From positions 1 to 54,816 of IMG/VR virus record IMGVR_UViG_3300028883_000312: 54,816 nt of DNA. One strand, 5' to 3'. The notes beneath the pieces are model-generated. The model made no database searches. It was given only the letters and a program-made list of their open reading frames with translations, and was not told the DNA's origin. Below, piece by piece: positions 34,671 to 43,937 of this stretch (position 1 is its first letter; every line of letters begins with the position of its first letter). A program made the position numbers and the translations under genes. This DNA is from a virus. Its lineage: Duplodnaviria > Caudoviricetes.

Positions 34671-36922
34671 AGAATTATGAACCCTTAGACGAATACGCCT
34701 TATTCTGTGACGGGACGGCGACGACCAATCATTTAAGCGTTGCCGAAGGAAGCACCCCCTCGGATGTCTTAAACGGCTCGAGTACCGGGGTAATGGCCGT
34801 CCATGTCAGGTTTGACGCCTCACTGGATCAAGCCACTGGCTTGATGGGTTTGGGACAAGTCGGGTCGGGGTTTAATTACTTCGACATGCAATTATTAACC
34901 TCCCAGCGTATGCAAATACGTGTGAGGGAAACCGGGATCGGGACAACGACCACCGCCTCACACAATGTCGGCACCATTAACGGGATAGTGGATTATTTCC
35001 TTGTTATTGACATCAATCAAAGCCTGTACTGGGCGTTTGTTAATGGAAGCGCAGTGGCAGAGGGGTCGGCGTTTGCCACCATCGCCAATCTTGGCCCTTG
35101 GACCGGTGACGGGTTTACCTTGTATAACCGATCTGGGACAAGTCGCATGGCACCCTTTAGAGGGTCTGTCTACCGCGCTCAAGTATGGTATCCAGGGACT
35201 TTAACCCTGGCCCAAATGCAGACCGCCGCGAAGTCGTTAGAACTGACCGGCACCAGTTCGTTATTGACCACTCACGTCATTGATATTAATCCCGATGCCA
35301 CCGATGCCAACGCTACAGTCGTCAGAAATCAAGCTTCCGGGATCGATTTTGACATGGCCTACAACGGCTCAGACATTGTTTTTACTTCACAGGAAGGCTT
35401 GCAGTTCGGTGGATTACGCTCTGTCCCTGCATTAGAGGACTACGCACGAACGGGCGAAGATACCCAATTCGATACAGACAAGTGTTTGTGGGAGTGGTTC
35501 GGCAGAATGGACGAACCGCCTGGTGCGGGAACCGCTGACTCCATGATGGGGGATGACGCCGTCCAATTAGAAGTCCTGAATACCGCCGGTACGTATCAAG
35601 TCCGGTTCGGTGCTGCACTCTCTCCTACGGCTGAGCCTGTTCCTCAGTCAAGAGTTTACCACGCCGCAGGATGGGCGGACGGGACCAATAAATTCGCGGC
35701 GATGCACGGGTACGCCGGAACCGCCGCTGCCCTTGGTACTACCGCGCCATCAGGCGCTTTTAGTGTCTTGGCCCATGGACTTGGTAATCAAGATTTAGAG
35801 GGCATGGTCGCCGGTTTCCGGGTGTGGAAGTTCGGGGCTGCGGTCACAGTCCCCACAAACATGGAGGAGATACTTCGATTTCAATCAGCCCAATGGCCTG
35901 CCATCCATCCCATTTTGTCAGAAATGCTATTGACCGGTGATGCGGCACTGATGAACGCCGAACCCAGTGGAATCACTGAAACCACCGATAACAATTTTAT
36001 GTGGTACACCACCACGACGAATACCGACAGCGCTTTTCTGGATTTTATTATCGACAATTCAGGTAAGCCAAGGCCTTATGTGGTCAATAATTCCGGCATA
36101 GACAGACGAGTGATTCATGTCGGGGCCAATACCGGAACATCCGGCAACAACCCAGGGACCAAGTTGAATCCTTATCTCGGCGCGTCTGCTTTAACTACAG
36201 CACTCGCTGCATTGACCGCAGGGGATGAGTGTCGAGTCTCCGCGACAACGACGTGGTCCTCAACGGATGTCACCGTATCAGTCGCAGGAGAAATTACCCA
36301 TAGAACCCGGTTTAGTGCGGTGTCTGCTTCACAGAAAGCCTCTTGCACACAATTCAAGTCTTTGGTCTCCGATGTAGCTAGTCTCGATATTGTGGGCGGG
36401 TACTATAGCAACTCCGCAGGCCAGGGGATAACCGGGCAAGCTGGTACGTCAAAACTACGAGTGATTGGTGTGATTTGTGACAGTTGTGTGGGCGATGGGT
36501 TGCGTTTGAATGACCTGGATAACGAGGTCTATAACTGTCTATTAATTGACAATACCAGTGATGGTATACAAGCCACCGGTAATCCCGCTTTGCTCAGGAA
36601 CAACATCGCAACCGGTAACACGTCAACCGCGATTAACGGCCACGCCAATACCGATACGGACTATAATTGCTGGAATGGAACTGTGACCGGCGCGACCGCA
36701 GGCACCTATGATCTTGTGGGGTCGCCCCCACTACTAAAAGATATTTCTGGAGGCGACTACACTCATCTCTCTAGGAGCAATACTGTATATAGTGGGTTAG
36801 ATTTAACAGGATGGAGCCCAAAGCGTACCATGGGCCCGTATTCCTTTTTTCCAAAACAAGCTAAAAAATTTCATCCAAAATTTGCGCAATTGAGAGAATT
36901 AGGCATTATCCGCCTTATATGA
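34667..36922 (+). CDS. Putative virion protein: ConA/LamG-like domains plus C-terminal right-handed beta-helix
   Basis: F.GSVYRAQVW and L.GMVAGFRVW LamG-like motifs; DGLRL..VYNCLLIDN..DGI..LRNNIA..DYNCW beta-helix repeats. Confidence 0.6.
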   Translation: MKNYEPLDEYALFCDGTATTNHLSVAEGSTPSDVLNGSSTGVMAVHVRFDASLDQATGLMGLGQVGSGFNYFDMQLLTSQRMQIRVRETGIGTTTTASHNVGTINGIVDYFLVIDINQSLYWAFVNGSAVAEGSAFATIANLGPWTGDGFTLYNRSGTSRMAPFRGSVYRAQVWYPGTLTLAQMQTAAKSLELTGTSSLLTTHVIDINPDATDANATVVRNQASGIDFDMAYNGSDIVFTSQEGLQFGGLRSVPALEDYARTGEDTQFDTDKCLWEWFGRMDEPPGAGTADSMMGDDAVQLEVLNTAGTYQVRFGAALSPTAEPVPQSRVYHAAGWADGTNKFAAMHGYAGTAAALGTTAPSGAFSVLAHGLGNQDLEGMVAGFRVWKFGAAVTVPTNMEEILRFQSAQWPAIHPILSEMLLTGDAALMNAEPSGITETTDNNFMWYTTTTNTDSAFLDFIIDNSGKPRPYVVNNSGIDRRVIHVGANTGTSGNNPGTKLNPYLGASALTTALAALTAGDECRVSATTTWSSTDVTVSVAGEITHRTRFSAVSASQKASCTQFKSLVSDVASLDIVGGYYSNSAGQGITGQAGTSKLRVIGVICDSCVGDGLRLNDLDNEVYNCLLIDNTSDGIQATGNPALLRNNIATGNTSTAINGHANTDTDYNCWNGTVTGATAGTYDLVGSPPLLKDISGGDYTHLSRSNTVYSGLDLTGWSPKRTMGPYSFFPKQAKKFHPKFAQLRELGIIRLI

Positions 36923-36994
36923 GATCGTGATTCGCCTGGAGATTACCCGACAACGCCGGATCCAGACTCTGGAAAACATCATTAAATCCACACA

Positions 36995-38227
36995 ATGATT
37001 CACATCTGCAAGCCCTACCGGCTCAATGGGTATCCTGACGCGGTTAATGGACTTCGCGACCTTCCTACTTTATTGCCTGGCGACACGATTGAAATACACG
37101 GTATCCATGACGCTGGTTACACGGACAGACAATTAATCATCGATGCCGCTGAAATTACAGTTTACTTCATGCCAGGCAGTCAATTATTGCCCTGCGCCTC
37201 ACGGCTTGAAGGCCCGGACGGATGGGTAGGGCCAGATAGTAACGGGGTCTATCATCGGCCCTATAAGGGCAATACATTAAACCAATGTTTTGAGGATGGG
37301 AGGAGGCTACAAAAAGGATTCGGCCAGACAAACTGGCAACCCGGAACCTTTAACCAGGTAGGTAATATCTTATACATCAAACCTTATGATGGAACCTTAG
37401 AGCATGTTTGGCACACGAACGCCAAAGTAGGCATACAAGTATTATCCCCTAATGTCACATTACACTCCCCCCATATCAAAGGCTCCCGCTATGGGATTAT
37501 TGTAAATGCTCCACATTGCACTATCCATAACCCTATCTGCGAAAATCACGGTAACATGGGCATTAGCTGGCAAAGAGCGCATTATCTGAAAATATTTAAC
37601 GCTCAAATATCCCATTGCAAAAACGGGCTATATGGGAACACGCCCAAGATTACAGATCATAGTGATTCTGTATTGATCGACAATGCTCTAGTCACTGACA
37701 ACGACCCGGAACAATATTACGAACCGGTAGACGCTACAACCAATCAGGGAGACAACCACCCTTTTGCGGTACAAGGTGGGAGCAACGGAGTGTATGACGT
37801 TACTGTCCAAAGGACAGGCTGGGGAGTGGGGCTGTATCAGTTTTTAAACCAACCGTTTATTGGTAATGAGTTTACCTTAGACATTTCCAACGTAGGAATT
37901 ATCCACCCCACAATACAGCGAGAAGCCAGAGCCTTGTCTTTCTCAGGTGATCGGGACATTGAAGGACATCTCCATCACAGCAATAGCGCTATGGTGAGGA
38001 TTGACCAAAGCCAAATCGGTATCTATATGAAAGCCAGGGACACAAAAGGACTCCCGCCCTGGGATTTGGACGCTACCATTTTCCGCTGTGATACAGGATT
38101 GTTAGTGCCTTTAGGAGCAGCCGCACTTAATGCCAATCTGACAACCAGCCAAGTCAGGCGTCCGTATGAGTTAGTCGGTGATGGCGGATCAGATAAAGTC
38201 AATATTACTTTTCAAGGGAGCGCTTGA
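36995..38227 (+). CDS. Pectin-lyase-like beta-helix protein (tailspike/depolymerase-like)
   Basis: LLPGDTIEIHG start; YGIIV..HCTIHNP.CENHGNMGI repeats. Confidence 0.55.
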   Translation: MIHICKPYRLNGYPDAVNGLRDLPTLLPGDTIEIHGIHDAGYTDRQLIIDAAEITVYFMPGSQLLPCASRLEGPDGWVGPDSNGVYHRPYKGNTLNQCFEDGRRLQKGFGQTNWQPGTFNQVGNILYIKPYDGTLEHVWHTNAKVGIQVLSPNVTLHSPHIKGSRYGIIVNAPHCTIHNPICENHGNMGISWQRAHYLKIFNAQISHCKNGLYGNTPKITDHSDSVLIDNALVTDNDPEQYYEPVDATTNQGDNHPFAVQGGSNGVYDVTVQRTGWGVGLYQFLNQPFIGNEFTLDISNVGIIHPTIQREARALSFSGDRDIEGHLHHSNSAMVRIDQSQIGIYMKARDTKGLPPWDLDATIFRCDTGLLVPLGAAALNANLTTSQVRRPYELVGDGGSDKVNITFQGSA

Positions 38228-38234
38228 TTTCCTC

Positions 38235-38254
38235 TATAGCCTTCCCTGGCTATA
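38235..38254. terminator. Hairpin between convergent late and early-left transcripts
   Basis: TATAGCC-TTCCCT-GGCTATA; no clear U-tract. Confidence 0.3.
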
Positions 38255-38259
38255 CATAT

Positions 38260-38721
38260 TTAATTACATTTACGCCCTGTCCGATCATACCCATACCGGT
38301 GCCACACGATTCGATGGATATACATCGGTGCCGTGACAGGGACGGATTTATCACAATCAGGGGCATACATTTTAGGGGTAGATGCTTGCTTGGCTTTTAG
38401 CATGGTTTTCCCAGCAGCATAAATTGCCTGATCCCTTTCTTGCTGTGCATGGGTAATTTCAGTAGCCTTGATCTGCTTGATCAAGCGCCGGTCCCGCCAA
38501 GTATGAAAAGGTAGTTCTGTCTTGAAGCGCTTGGCTACGGTATCAACGTATTCAACCGCTTCCTTGTATTCCTGCTTGGCAGCATCGCGCTTGTCCTCAA
38601 ACTCCCGGATCGGCGTATAATACAGCTCCTCCCATTTCGTATAATTCATTTCATCCTTGCTATCGAACATGGGCTCCCAGGCGCAACCGGTAAGCATGAT
38701 ACACAATAATAGAATTCTCAT
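38260..38721 (-). CDS. Lipoprotein
   Basis: MRILLLCIMLTG-C lipobox; GGAGG RBS. Confidence 0.7.
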   Translation of the reverse strand: MRILLLCIMLTGCAWEPMFDSKDEMNYTKWEELYYTPIREFEDKRDAAKQEYKEAVEYVDTVAKRFKTELPFHTWRDRRLIKQIKATEITHAQQERDQAIYAAGKTMLKAKQASTPKMYAPDCDKSVPVTAPMYIHRIVWHRYGYDRTGRKCN

Positions 38722-38730
38722 GATGGCCTC

Positions 38731-39234
38731 CTAGTCCAAAGTCTGTTGACGGTCGCACAACGACTCACGAAACGTCAGTATAGCGTCGGCCAGATAACCA
38801 AATGTCACCCCGTCACTATGAGGCCCAGAAACCAACTCAATATCGTAGGGGCCATTGAATGACTTAATTGCCGCCATGACTGCCCGTCCGTTCGGTTTTG
38901 CTTCATTCGTGTAGACACGGAATATTGGTTCATACTTGAATGTATCGGGACCAGTACTCACGCGCTCAAGCACATTGACAAAAATCTGCTCATACGAGTT
39001 CGGGGCAGGTGGGAGATAGCGAACTTTAAATATAACGGCGCGGTTCAACACAGCCGACCAGGGGAAGCGAATACTCTTTGGATAACTTGCATCGGTATAA
39101 GGGTCATACCATGTTTCTGCGCTTTTTGTTACGTTAGGTTGTGGATAGACCGCGCCATTGGCACAGGTTGGTTCAGGCAGTGCAGCATAGACGGATGTTG
39201 AGAAAAGCAATAAAATAAAAAGTAACGTTTTCAT
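38731..39234 (-). CDS. Secreted/periplasmic protein
   Basis: MKTLLFILLLFSTSVYA signal peptide; AAGGAG RBS; start placed at 39234. Confidence 0.7.
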   Translation of the reverse strand: MKTLLFILLLFSTSVYAALPEPTCANGAVYPQPNVTKSAETWYDPYTDASYPKSIRFPWSAVLNRAVIFKVRYLPPAPNSYEQIFVNVLERVSTGPDTFKYEPIFRVYTNEAKPNGRAVMAAIKSFNGPYDIELVSGPHSDGVTFGYLADAILTFRESLCDRQQTLD

Positions 39235-39265
39235 GATATTCTCCTTTGGTTGTTTATCGGTAGTT

Positions 39266-39478
39266 CTACTCCTTATATCGGGTGTTCCAAAAAAAGGCAG
39301 ATTTCTCAAAATCTTTATCAACGATAATTACACTTATGTCGGGCCCAGATTTAAATTTTTTATCGAAACAGCGATCACAGCTAATCGTGTGGTATATATC
39401 GCCTTCAAGCTCAAATTTATCGACAACAGGTGATGTGCCACAAAACGGGCATGGCAATAACTCTGTGTTATCTGTCAT
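39266..39478 (-). CDS. Lar-like (restriction alleviation family) Zn-finger protein
   Basis: ELLPCPFCG...CDRC...WNTR. Confidence 0.65.
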   Translation of the reverse strand: MTDNTELLPCPFCGTSPVVDKFELEGDIYHTISCDRCFDKKFKSGPDISVIIVDKDFEKSAFFWNTRYKE

Positions 39479-39723
39479 CTTCCCCGCCCACCTTCGATTT
39501 CTGCATTAACCTTTTCCAATAAATCGTCAATCTCCTCACATGAAGCCATCCATGCCGATACAGCGTCTATATATGCTTGTGACCCCTTGCGACAATGTTG
39601 GCTAGGCTTAGGAGCAGGCGGCATAAGGCAGTCGCGCTTTTCCTTTAGCAGTCTATTTAAAAACTGCCAGTCAGAGAGGTGCATGGGTTCGATGCAATCC
39701 CATTCTGTTTTGTTATCTGTCAT
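39475..39723 (-). CDS. Hypothetical protein
   Basis: Overlapping operon arrangement. Confidence 0.55.
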   Translation of the reverse strand: MTDNKTEWDCIEPMHLSDWQFLNRLLKEKRDCLMPPAPKPSQHCRKGSQAYIDAVSAWMASCEEIDDLLEKVNAEIEGGRGR

Positions 39724-39979
39724 TGTCTAGCTCCTGTTTGATTCTGTAGGCTTGCCAATGGGTTTCTAGTTCATCATCTTCATATTGAGCATCGCAATAA
39801 ATTAGTGCAGCCTTATAAGCCCTCTCCGCTATCTCCATGAGTTGCTGGCGGAGTTGTTCGTTTTCTTTTTTTAACCCTTCAATCCTGTCTGTTGCCTGCC
39901 GCATGGCTGTAATTGCCAAATCATTCGTGGCATTTTGCAATTCACTATTTAGCGCCCGGATGTCTTTATGTTCTTTCAT
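39713..39979 (-). CDS. Hypothetical coiled-coil protein
   Basis: Overlapping operon arrangement. Confidence 0.55.
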   Translation of the reverse strand: MKEHKDIRALNSELQNATNDLAITAMRQATDRIEGLKKENEQLRQQLMEIAERAYKAALIYCDAQYEDDELETHWQAYRIKQELDNDR

Positions 39980-40385
39980 GGCTTAATACCTTTAAGCAGA
40001 CTTCGCGGATTTCATCAGCTTGCGCGGTATCGCATATCTCTACACCCCGTTTCCTCAGCGCCGCTAATAGAAAAGGCCACTCAATGCTAGTCCCGCTTAC
40101 CATGCCGTGTGCTGCTTGTTCTATCTGCATTAGCTCAAAGGCATTATTCTCGGCTTCCGCAGCTTCTCGATCAGCTTTTTCTAATGCCTCACGTTGTTCA
40201 ATCTGCGCCTTTGTGCGAATAAGCCCATGTTTTTCGTAACACTCTGGGTCGCCGTAGCTTTCGCATACAGGGCACTCAGGACAGATACAACTATCACCCG
40301 ACCCCCCGCAGATTAAGCACGGGTAATCGTCGTCTGGGGGACCACTACAGCCCGGCGGGTAACTCCATCCAAATAATCCCATCAT
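39966..40385 (-). CDS. Cys-rich hypothetical protein
   Basis: GWSYPPGC...CLIC...CICPECPVC...C; AGGAG RBS. Confidence 0.6.
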   Translation of the reverse strand: MMGLFGWSYPPGCSGPPDDDYPCLICGGSGDSCICPECPVCESYGDPECYEKHGLIRTKAQIEQREALEKADREAAEAENNAFELMQIEQAAHGMVSGTSIEWPFLLAALRKRGVEICDTAQADEIREVCLKVLSHERT

Positions 40386-40408
40386 CACTCTCCTGTATCA
40401 GCAATGCC

Positions 40409-40627
40409 CTAGATCCACTCCGGGAAAATCTTTTCCCAATTAGGGATTCTTGCTTGAACTTTCTCGATTATATTCCTGTTAGCCTCTAGTATCTGTTTAT
40501 ATTCTCTGGCGTCATCCCTTCTGGCGTCGATCATCATGTTATTTTCAATCTCTAGTTTTAAACAGCGTTCCCGTAGCTGTCGAAGGTCTGTGAGATTTAT
40601 CTTTTCTGGTGTATTGTCTAAGCTCAT
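40409..40627 (-). CDS. Hypothetical protein
   Basis: Bounded by family A repeats. Confidence 0.6.
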   Translation of the reverse strand: MSLDNTPEKINLTDLRQLRERCLKLEIENNMMIDARRDDAREYKQILEANRNIIEKVQARIPNWEKIFPEWI

Positions 40628-40640
40628 ATCAGCAATGCCC

Positions 40641-40856
40641 TTATGTATCTGGATTCTCTAAACACCAATCTTGAACCTCAAGCGCTACCGCCAGATATTC
40701 AGTGCTTGGGTCTTTGGTGATTTCCTGTCCTGGCCTATAGGTTGCCCATATCCTGTCACGCAATCTCTTGGGCAATTTAAACCAGTGCTTTTTACAGCCC
40801 CACATTCTAGGCGGAACTTCGACATTACAGGTTGGCCAATGACAAGTATGTTTCAT
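40641..40856 (-). CDS. Cys/His-rich small phage protein
   Basis: HTCHWPTC...WGCKKHW; bounded by family A repeats. Confidence 0.65.
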   Translation of the reverse strand: MKHTCHWPTCNVEVPPRMWGCKKHWFKLPKRLRDRIWATYRPGQEITKDPSTEYLAVALEVQDWCLENPDT

Positions 40857-40880
40857 ATCAGCAATGCCCCTTACTTGGTT

Positions 40881-41147
40881 TCATGGCTTCCTCCCCGCTA
40901 AAGCTTTGCGAACTAGCGGCCTGATTCCCCTGGGCTTTCTGCCGTAAATTACTGACAAGGCATTGGTGAGCGTTGATACGTCCCTACTATTATTGCTGAA
41001 ACTTCCAGAACGATCTCTAATTCCTTTGATCATAATATCCTTGGCCTGTGTCACAGTAAGACCAGGGTTTATAACTGATGGCTTGTCGGAGTCATCAATA
41101 CTTTTTAACAAAGTCATTATTTCAAATATGGTCGTAGGTATTTTCAT
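40881..41147 (-). CDS. Hypothetical protein
   Basis: Bounded by family A repeats. Confidence 0.55.
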   Translation of the reverse strand: MKIPTTIFEIMTLLKSIDDSDKPSVINPGLTVTQAKDIMIKGIRDRSGSFSNNSRDVSTLTNALSVIYGRKPRGIRPLVRKALAGRKP

Positions 41148-41148
41148 A

Positions 41149-41586
41149 TCAGCAATGCCCCTTAGTGTCCCAGTCGTTCAAAACGGAGCAGGTCAGCTCA
41201 GCAAACGCCCATACCTCACTATCTTTCGGTGCGTGTTCCTTTACATTCTTGAGTGACTTTGTGATCGTCCCATCGACGTGATACTCGCCAAATAGCTTCC
41301 GGGCAATGGTGGCGTTGAGCCATAGATCGAGCAGGTAGCCATTGAACAACCAGCGATAACCGATAAGGTAATACGGTAGTTTCCATATCCCCTTGCTCCT
41401 GTCTGCCTTGCCCTTGAGGGTATAGACAAACATAAACATATAGAGCAGGGCCATGACCTGGTTGTACCAAAACCAATCGAGTCTGGCCTTGAGTTCTTTT
41501 TTTAATGCTTTGAGGCGCTGCTTTTTGTCCCCATTACGCGCAACGTGACTTAATTCAGCAGCGCTTAGTTGTTTGTCAGTCATCAT
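41149..41586 (-). CDS. Putative membrane protein
   Basis: Hydrophobic/aromatic segments; AGGAG RBS. Confidence 0.55.
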   Translation of the reverse strand: MMTDKQLSAAELSHVARNGDKKQRLKALKKELKARLDWFWYNQVMALLYMFMFVYTLKGKADRSKGIWKLPYYLIGYRWLFNGYLLDLWLNATIARKLFGEYHVDGTITKSLKNVKEHAPKDSEVWAFAELTCSVLNDWDTKGHC

Positions 41587-41746
41587 TCACTCTCCTGTTC
41601 CATGCGGCTCTATCCAGGTCTTCCCGCAGTTTCTTGCAGTATACGCACTGATCCGGCTTATCCTTGTTTTTGCCTACCTTTTCCAGCCACTTGTGCTCTC
41701 CTGTTAGCGAGTTAAGACAAGGCAATAGCTCTGGTGTGTCAGTCAT
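41576..41746 (-). CDS. Small Lar-like-termini protein (56 aa)
   Basis: Hand-translated MTDTPELLPC...CVYC...AAWNRRVNDD. Confidence 0.5.
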   Translation of the reverse strand: MTDTPELLPCLNSLTGEHKWLEKVGKNKDKPDQCVYCKKLREDLDRAAWNRRVNDD

Positions 41747-41927
41747 CACCCTGCGCCTTGGCTCGTTCTATGAGATTCTGGGTCCACAGCTCGCCAATCA
41801 TTTTTAATCCTTCCTCATTTATAGCGCTAACTGGTATCTTGCTATCATTTGTGAGGATAAAGAAATTAGGAACACGCGGGATTTTTATTTCCGTTGTGAT
41901 TCGATATATATGTGCCTTCTTATTCAT
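41739..41927 (-). CDS. Hypothetical protein
   Basis: AAGGAG RBS; IPRVPNF. Confidence 0.55.
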   Translation of the reverse strand: MNKKAHIYRITTEIKIPRVPNFFILTNDSKIPVSAINEEGLKMIGELWTQNLIERAKAQGDD

Positions 41928-42002
41928 ATCTCATCTCCTTGATGTATAATTCCTTGAATTTGTCGCTCATGTGTCACCTTGCTCCTTAAAGGGTGGCAAT
42001 CC

Positions 42003-42145
42003 CCGGTGGTGGCCAGGCGCTACTCTGGCTCAGTGATTCCCTCATCGTCCCTTTCGGGCCAGCGGCTCACCGCTCCAAGCCTTATGACCTTTGATAATTC
42101 TGGATGTCATCTCCTGCGTGTCTGCTTTCCACGCCGCACCACTGG
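42003..42145 (-). ncRNA. tRNA-like multi-stem structured RNA (unassigned)
   Basis: Outer stem CCAGTGGTG/CACCACCGG, D-arm-like GCGTG-GAAAGCAGA-CACGC, T-arm-like GCCAG-AGTAGCGC-CTGGC and three internal hairpins. Confidence 0.5.
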
Positions 42146-42239
42146 TTCATGCACAACTCTTTCTAAAAATTCAAAACTCATAAGGTTGAGGTTGTTCATA
42201 ATTAATATGGGCCTTTAGATACTTCACCCAGCATTGTCA

Positions 42240-42425
42240 TCACCTCCTACAAGTCTGATGGTCCCCTGTTCGGCTTAGGGACAGCGCCATAGTTACTGTG
42301 GGCCTTTTTTTGAACGTGGCTTGCCCAGGCCACATCACGGGGCTATAACCGCCCTTTGAGTTCTGGTGAACCACCCACCCCTCCATACTACTAAGCGCCA
42401 ACTCAATAAGAGGCAGGTGGTTCAT
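42240..42425 (-). CDS. Hypothetical protein
   Basis: Short ORF in the early-left arm; start uncertain. Confidence 0.35.
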   Translation of the reverse strand: MNHLPLIELALSSMEGWVVHQNSKGGYSPVMWPGQATFKKRPTVTMALSLSRTGDHQTCRR

Positions 42426-42569
42426 TGCTCGTTTCATACCCACACCACTATTCTGTCAGGTTTTCTCGGTTCCTCTGGACCACAGGCAAACTGTGCTGTG
42501 TCTAGTTTCCAATATACACAAGAGGCCATAGCTGCTAGAAACAGTCCTAGAATAATGCCAAGCAGTATG

Positions 42570-43388
42570 TCACTGACTAGGCGGTTCATTTTTAGCCTCT
42601 TTCATAATTGACAGTTTGTCTTTATGGTCTTTATCCAGCAAGCTCCATACCGCCTTTTTAACGTCATAACTCATTTCACTGGTAAGCTGCTCCACTGACA
42701 TGGCATCCTCTTTGTCTGCGGCCTCTGCCAATGACTCTGCATAATCATTGATCTGTTTCACGCCTTCCGCCTCAAGCTCTCTGGCTATCGCTTTAAGCTT
42801 GGTTTTATCCCCTTTGGGGAAGCTGGAAAATAGAGCAATGCTTTCTTGCATATCCAAGGCATTGGTAAAGGCGAAAAACTCAATGGCGTTCTTTTCTGCC
42901 AAGAGTCCATCGAATCTTTCTTTCTGTTCGTTCGTGTAAGGTGACGCGCTTTCAACGCGGCTCTCATCACTTAATCCAGTCTCGATTGACAGGATCTTGA
43001 GTATTGCCGTTTTAGTGGCATAACTCATGGCCTTACCAGGGGCTTTGTCTCCGTGGTCTAAAGCGTGTGCTGTTGCCTCTACGGTTGCCTTGTCTTCTGG
43101 CTTGTCGATATTGACGAAATCTATTTCGTATTTCGCCTCAAAGCGTATAATGGGTGTGCCGCCTTTGGTGTGTGTGCCTGTAATGACAACCACTGAGGAT
43201 TGTTCACGCGGCACCACCATTACGCCATATTCAATAAAGAAAGGGCGGACGGCAGCGGTCACGGCGTCATGCTCTACCGCTTTATAGCTTTCTACCTGCT
43301 TTTCCTTTTTGATATACGGCACTTTTGTCCGTATACGGTCTAACCTCTGGTAGATATTTAAATTCTCGATTATTTCTTGCTCGCTCAT
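42570..43388 (-). CDS. erf: ERF-family single-strand annealing recombinase
   Basis: LNIYQRL..I...V.YIKK...YKAV; DHGDKAPGKAMSYATKTAILKILSIETG. Confidence 0.8.
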   Translation of the reverse strand: MSEQEIIENLNIYQRLDRIRTKVPYIKKEKQVESYKAVEHDAVTAAVRPFFIEYGVMVVPREQSSVVVITGTHTKGGTPIIRFEAKYEIDFVNIDKPEDKATVEATAHALDHGDKAPGKAMSYATKTAILKILSIETGLSDESRVESASPYTNEQKERFDGLLAEKNAIEFFAFTNALDMQESIALFSSFPKGDKTKLKAIARELEAEGVKQINDYAESLAEAADKEDAMSVEQLTSEMSYDVKKAVWSLLDKDHKDKLSIMKEAKNEPPSQ

Positions 43389-43590
43389 TTCTTCATCCCC
43401 ATTAAAATCTTGGCCTGCGCCAGTGTCATCCGTATCCACTTAACAGGGATCACGTTGCCCCGCGCCTTAAATTGAACAAGGGCTATTCCCTTGCTGTAGT
43501 CCCAGTGGTGCATTCTGGTGATGTTCATGGCTTACCCGCTGGCTAAGCGTACATGTGGACACCATTTAGTTTTTGCTTCATCTTCTGTCA

Positions 43591-43776
43591 TCACGCCTCC
43601 CTCTCAAATTCTTGCAGTGCCTCATCTTTGGTTTCTCCCGACCCTATAGGGTACTTCTTACATGACCTATCATATTTCATTCGGTCTTTTGTTTGTGGGT
43701 CAACCGCTGTGACATACCAGTAATTGCCAGACCAGAAATATTGTAATGTCCCAGTTATTTCTGCTTTATCCATCAT
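43591..43776 (-). CDS. Hypothetical protein
   Basis: IGSGETKDEAL end; overlapping operon. Confidence 0.5.
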   Translation of the reverse strand: MMDKAEITGTLQYFWSGNYWYVTAVDPQTKDRMKYDRSCKKYPIGSGETKDEALQEFEREA

Positions 43777-43937
43777 TCATCCTGATCCGCTATCTGGCTG
43801 CAAAGGTCTTTGATCTGTTCAAATGTGAGGCTAAGATAGATATTCCCCCAGTCATCGTCAGTTACTAGGATGTCCACGCACTTATCTTGTGCATCTATGT
43901 CTATGTCGTCGTATTCGGCCTCATACCATGTGCTCAT
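43773..43937 (-). CDS. Small highly acidic protein (54 aa)
   Basis: Hand-translated MSTWYEAEYDDIDIDAQD...; 16 D/E vs 2 K. Confidence 0.5.
   Translation of the reverse strand: MSTWYEAEYDDIDIDAQDKCVDILVTDDDWGNIYLSLTFEQIKDLCSQIADQDE

Larger units (their letters stand above)
40397..41160 (-). repeat. Gene-junction repeat family A (GGGCATTGCTGATA, 4 copies)
   Basis: Copies at 40397-40409, 40625-40640, 40854-40869 and 41145-41160; three run directly into an ATG. Confidence 0.85.

Noticed and set aside
30307-38227. Diversity-generating retroelement as in BPP-1-like phages
   Set aside because: No reverse transcriptase, and no TR/VR repeat pair noticed
40397-41160. CRISPR array
   Set aside because: Repeats are only 13-16 bp and the intervening segments are 200-300-bp ORFs; no cas genes
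42003-42145. Canonical tRNA or tmRNA
   Set aside because: No TTCRA T-loop, no 7-nt anticodon loop, no CCA; too short for tmRNA
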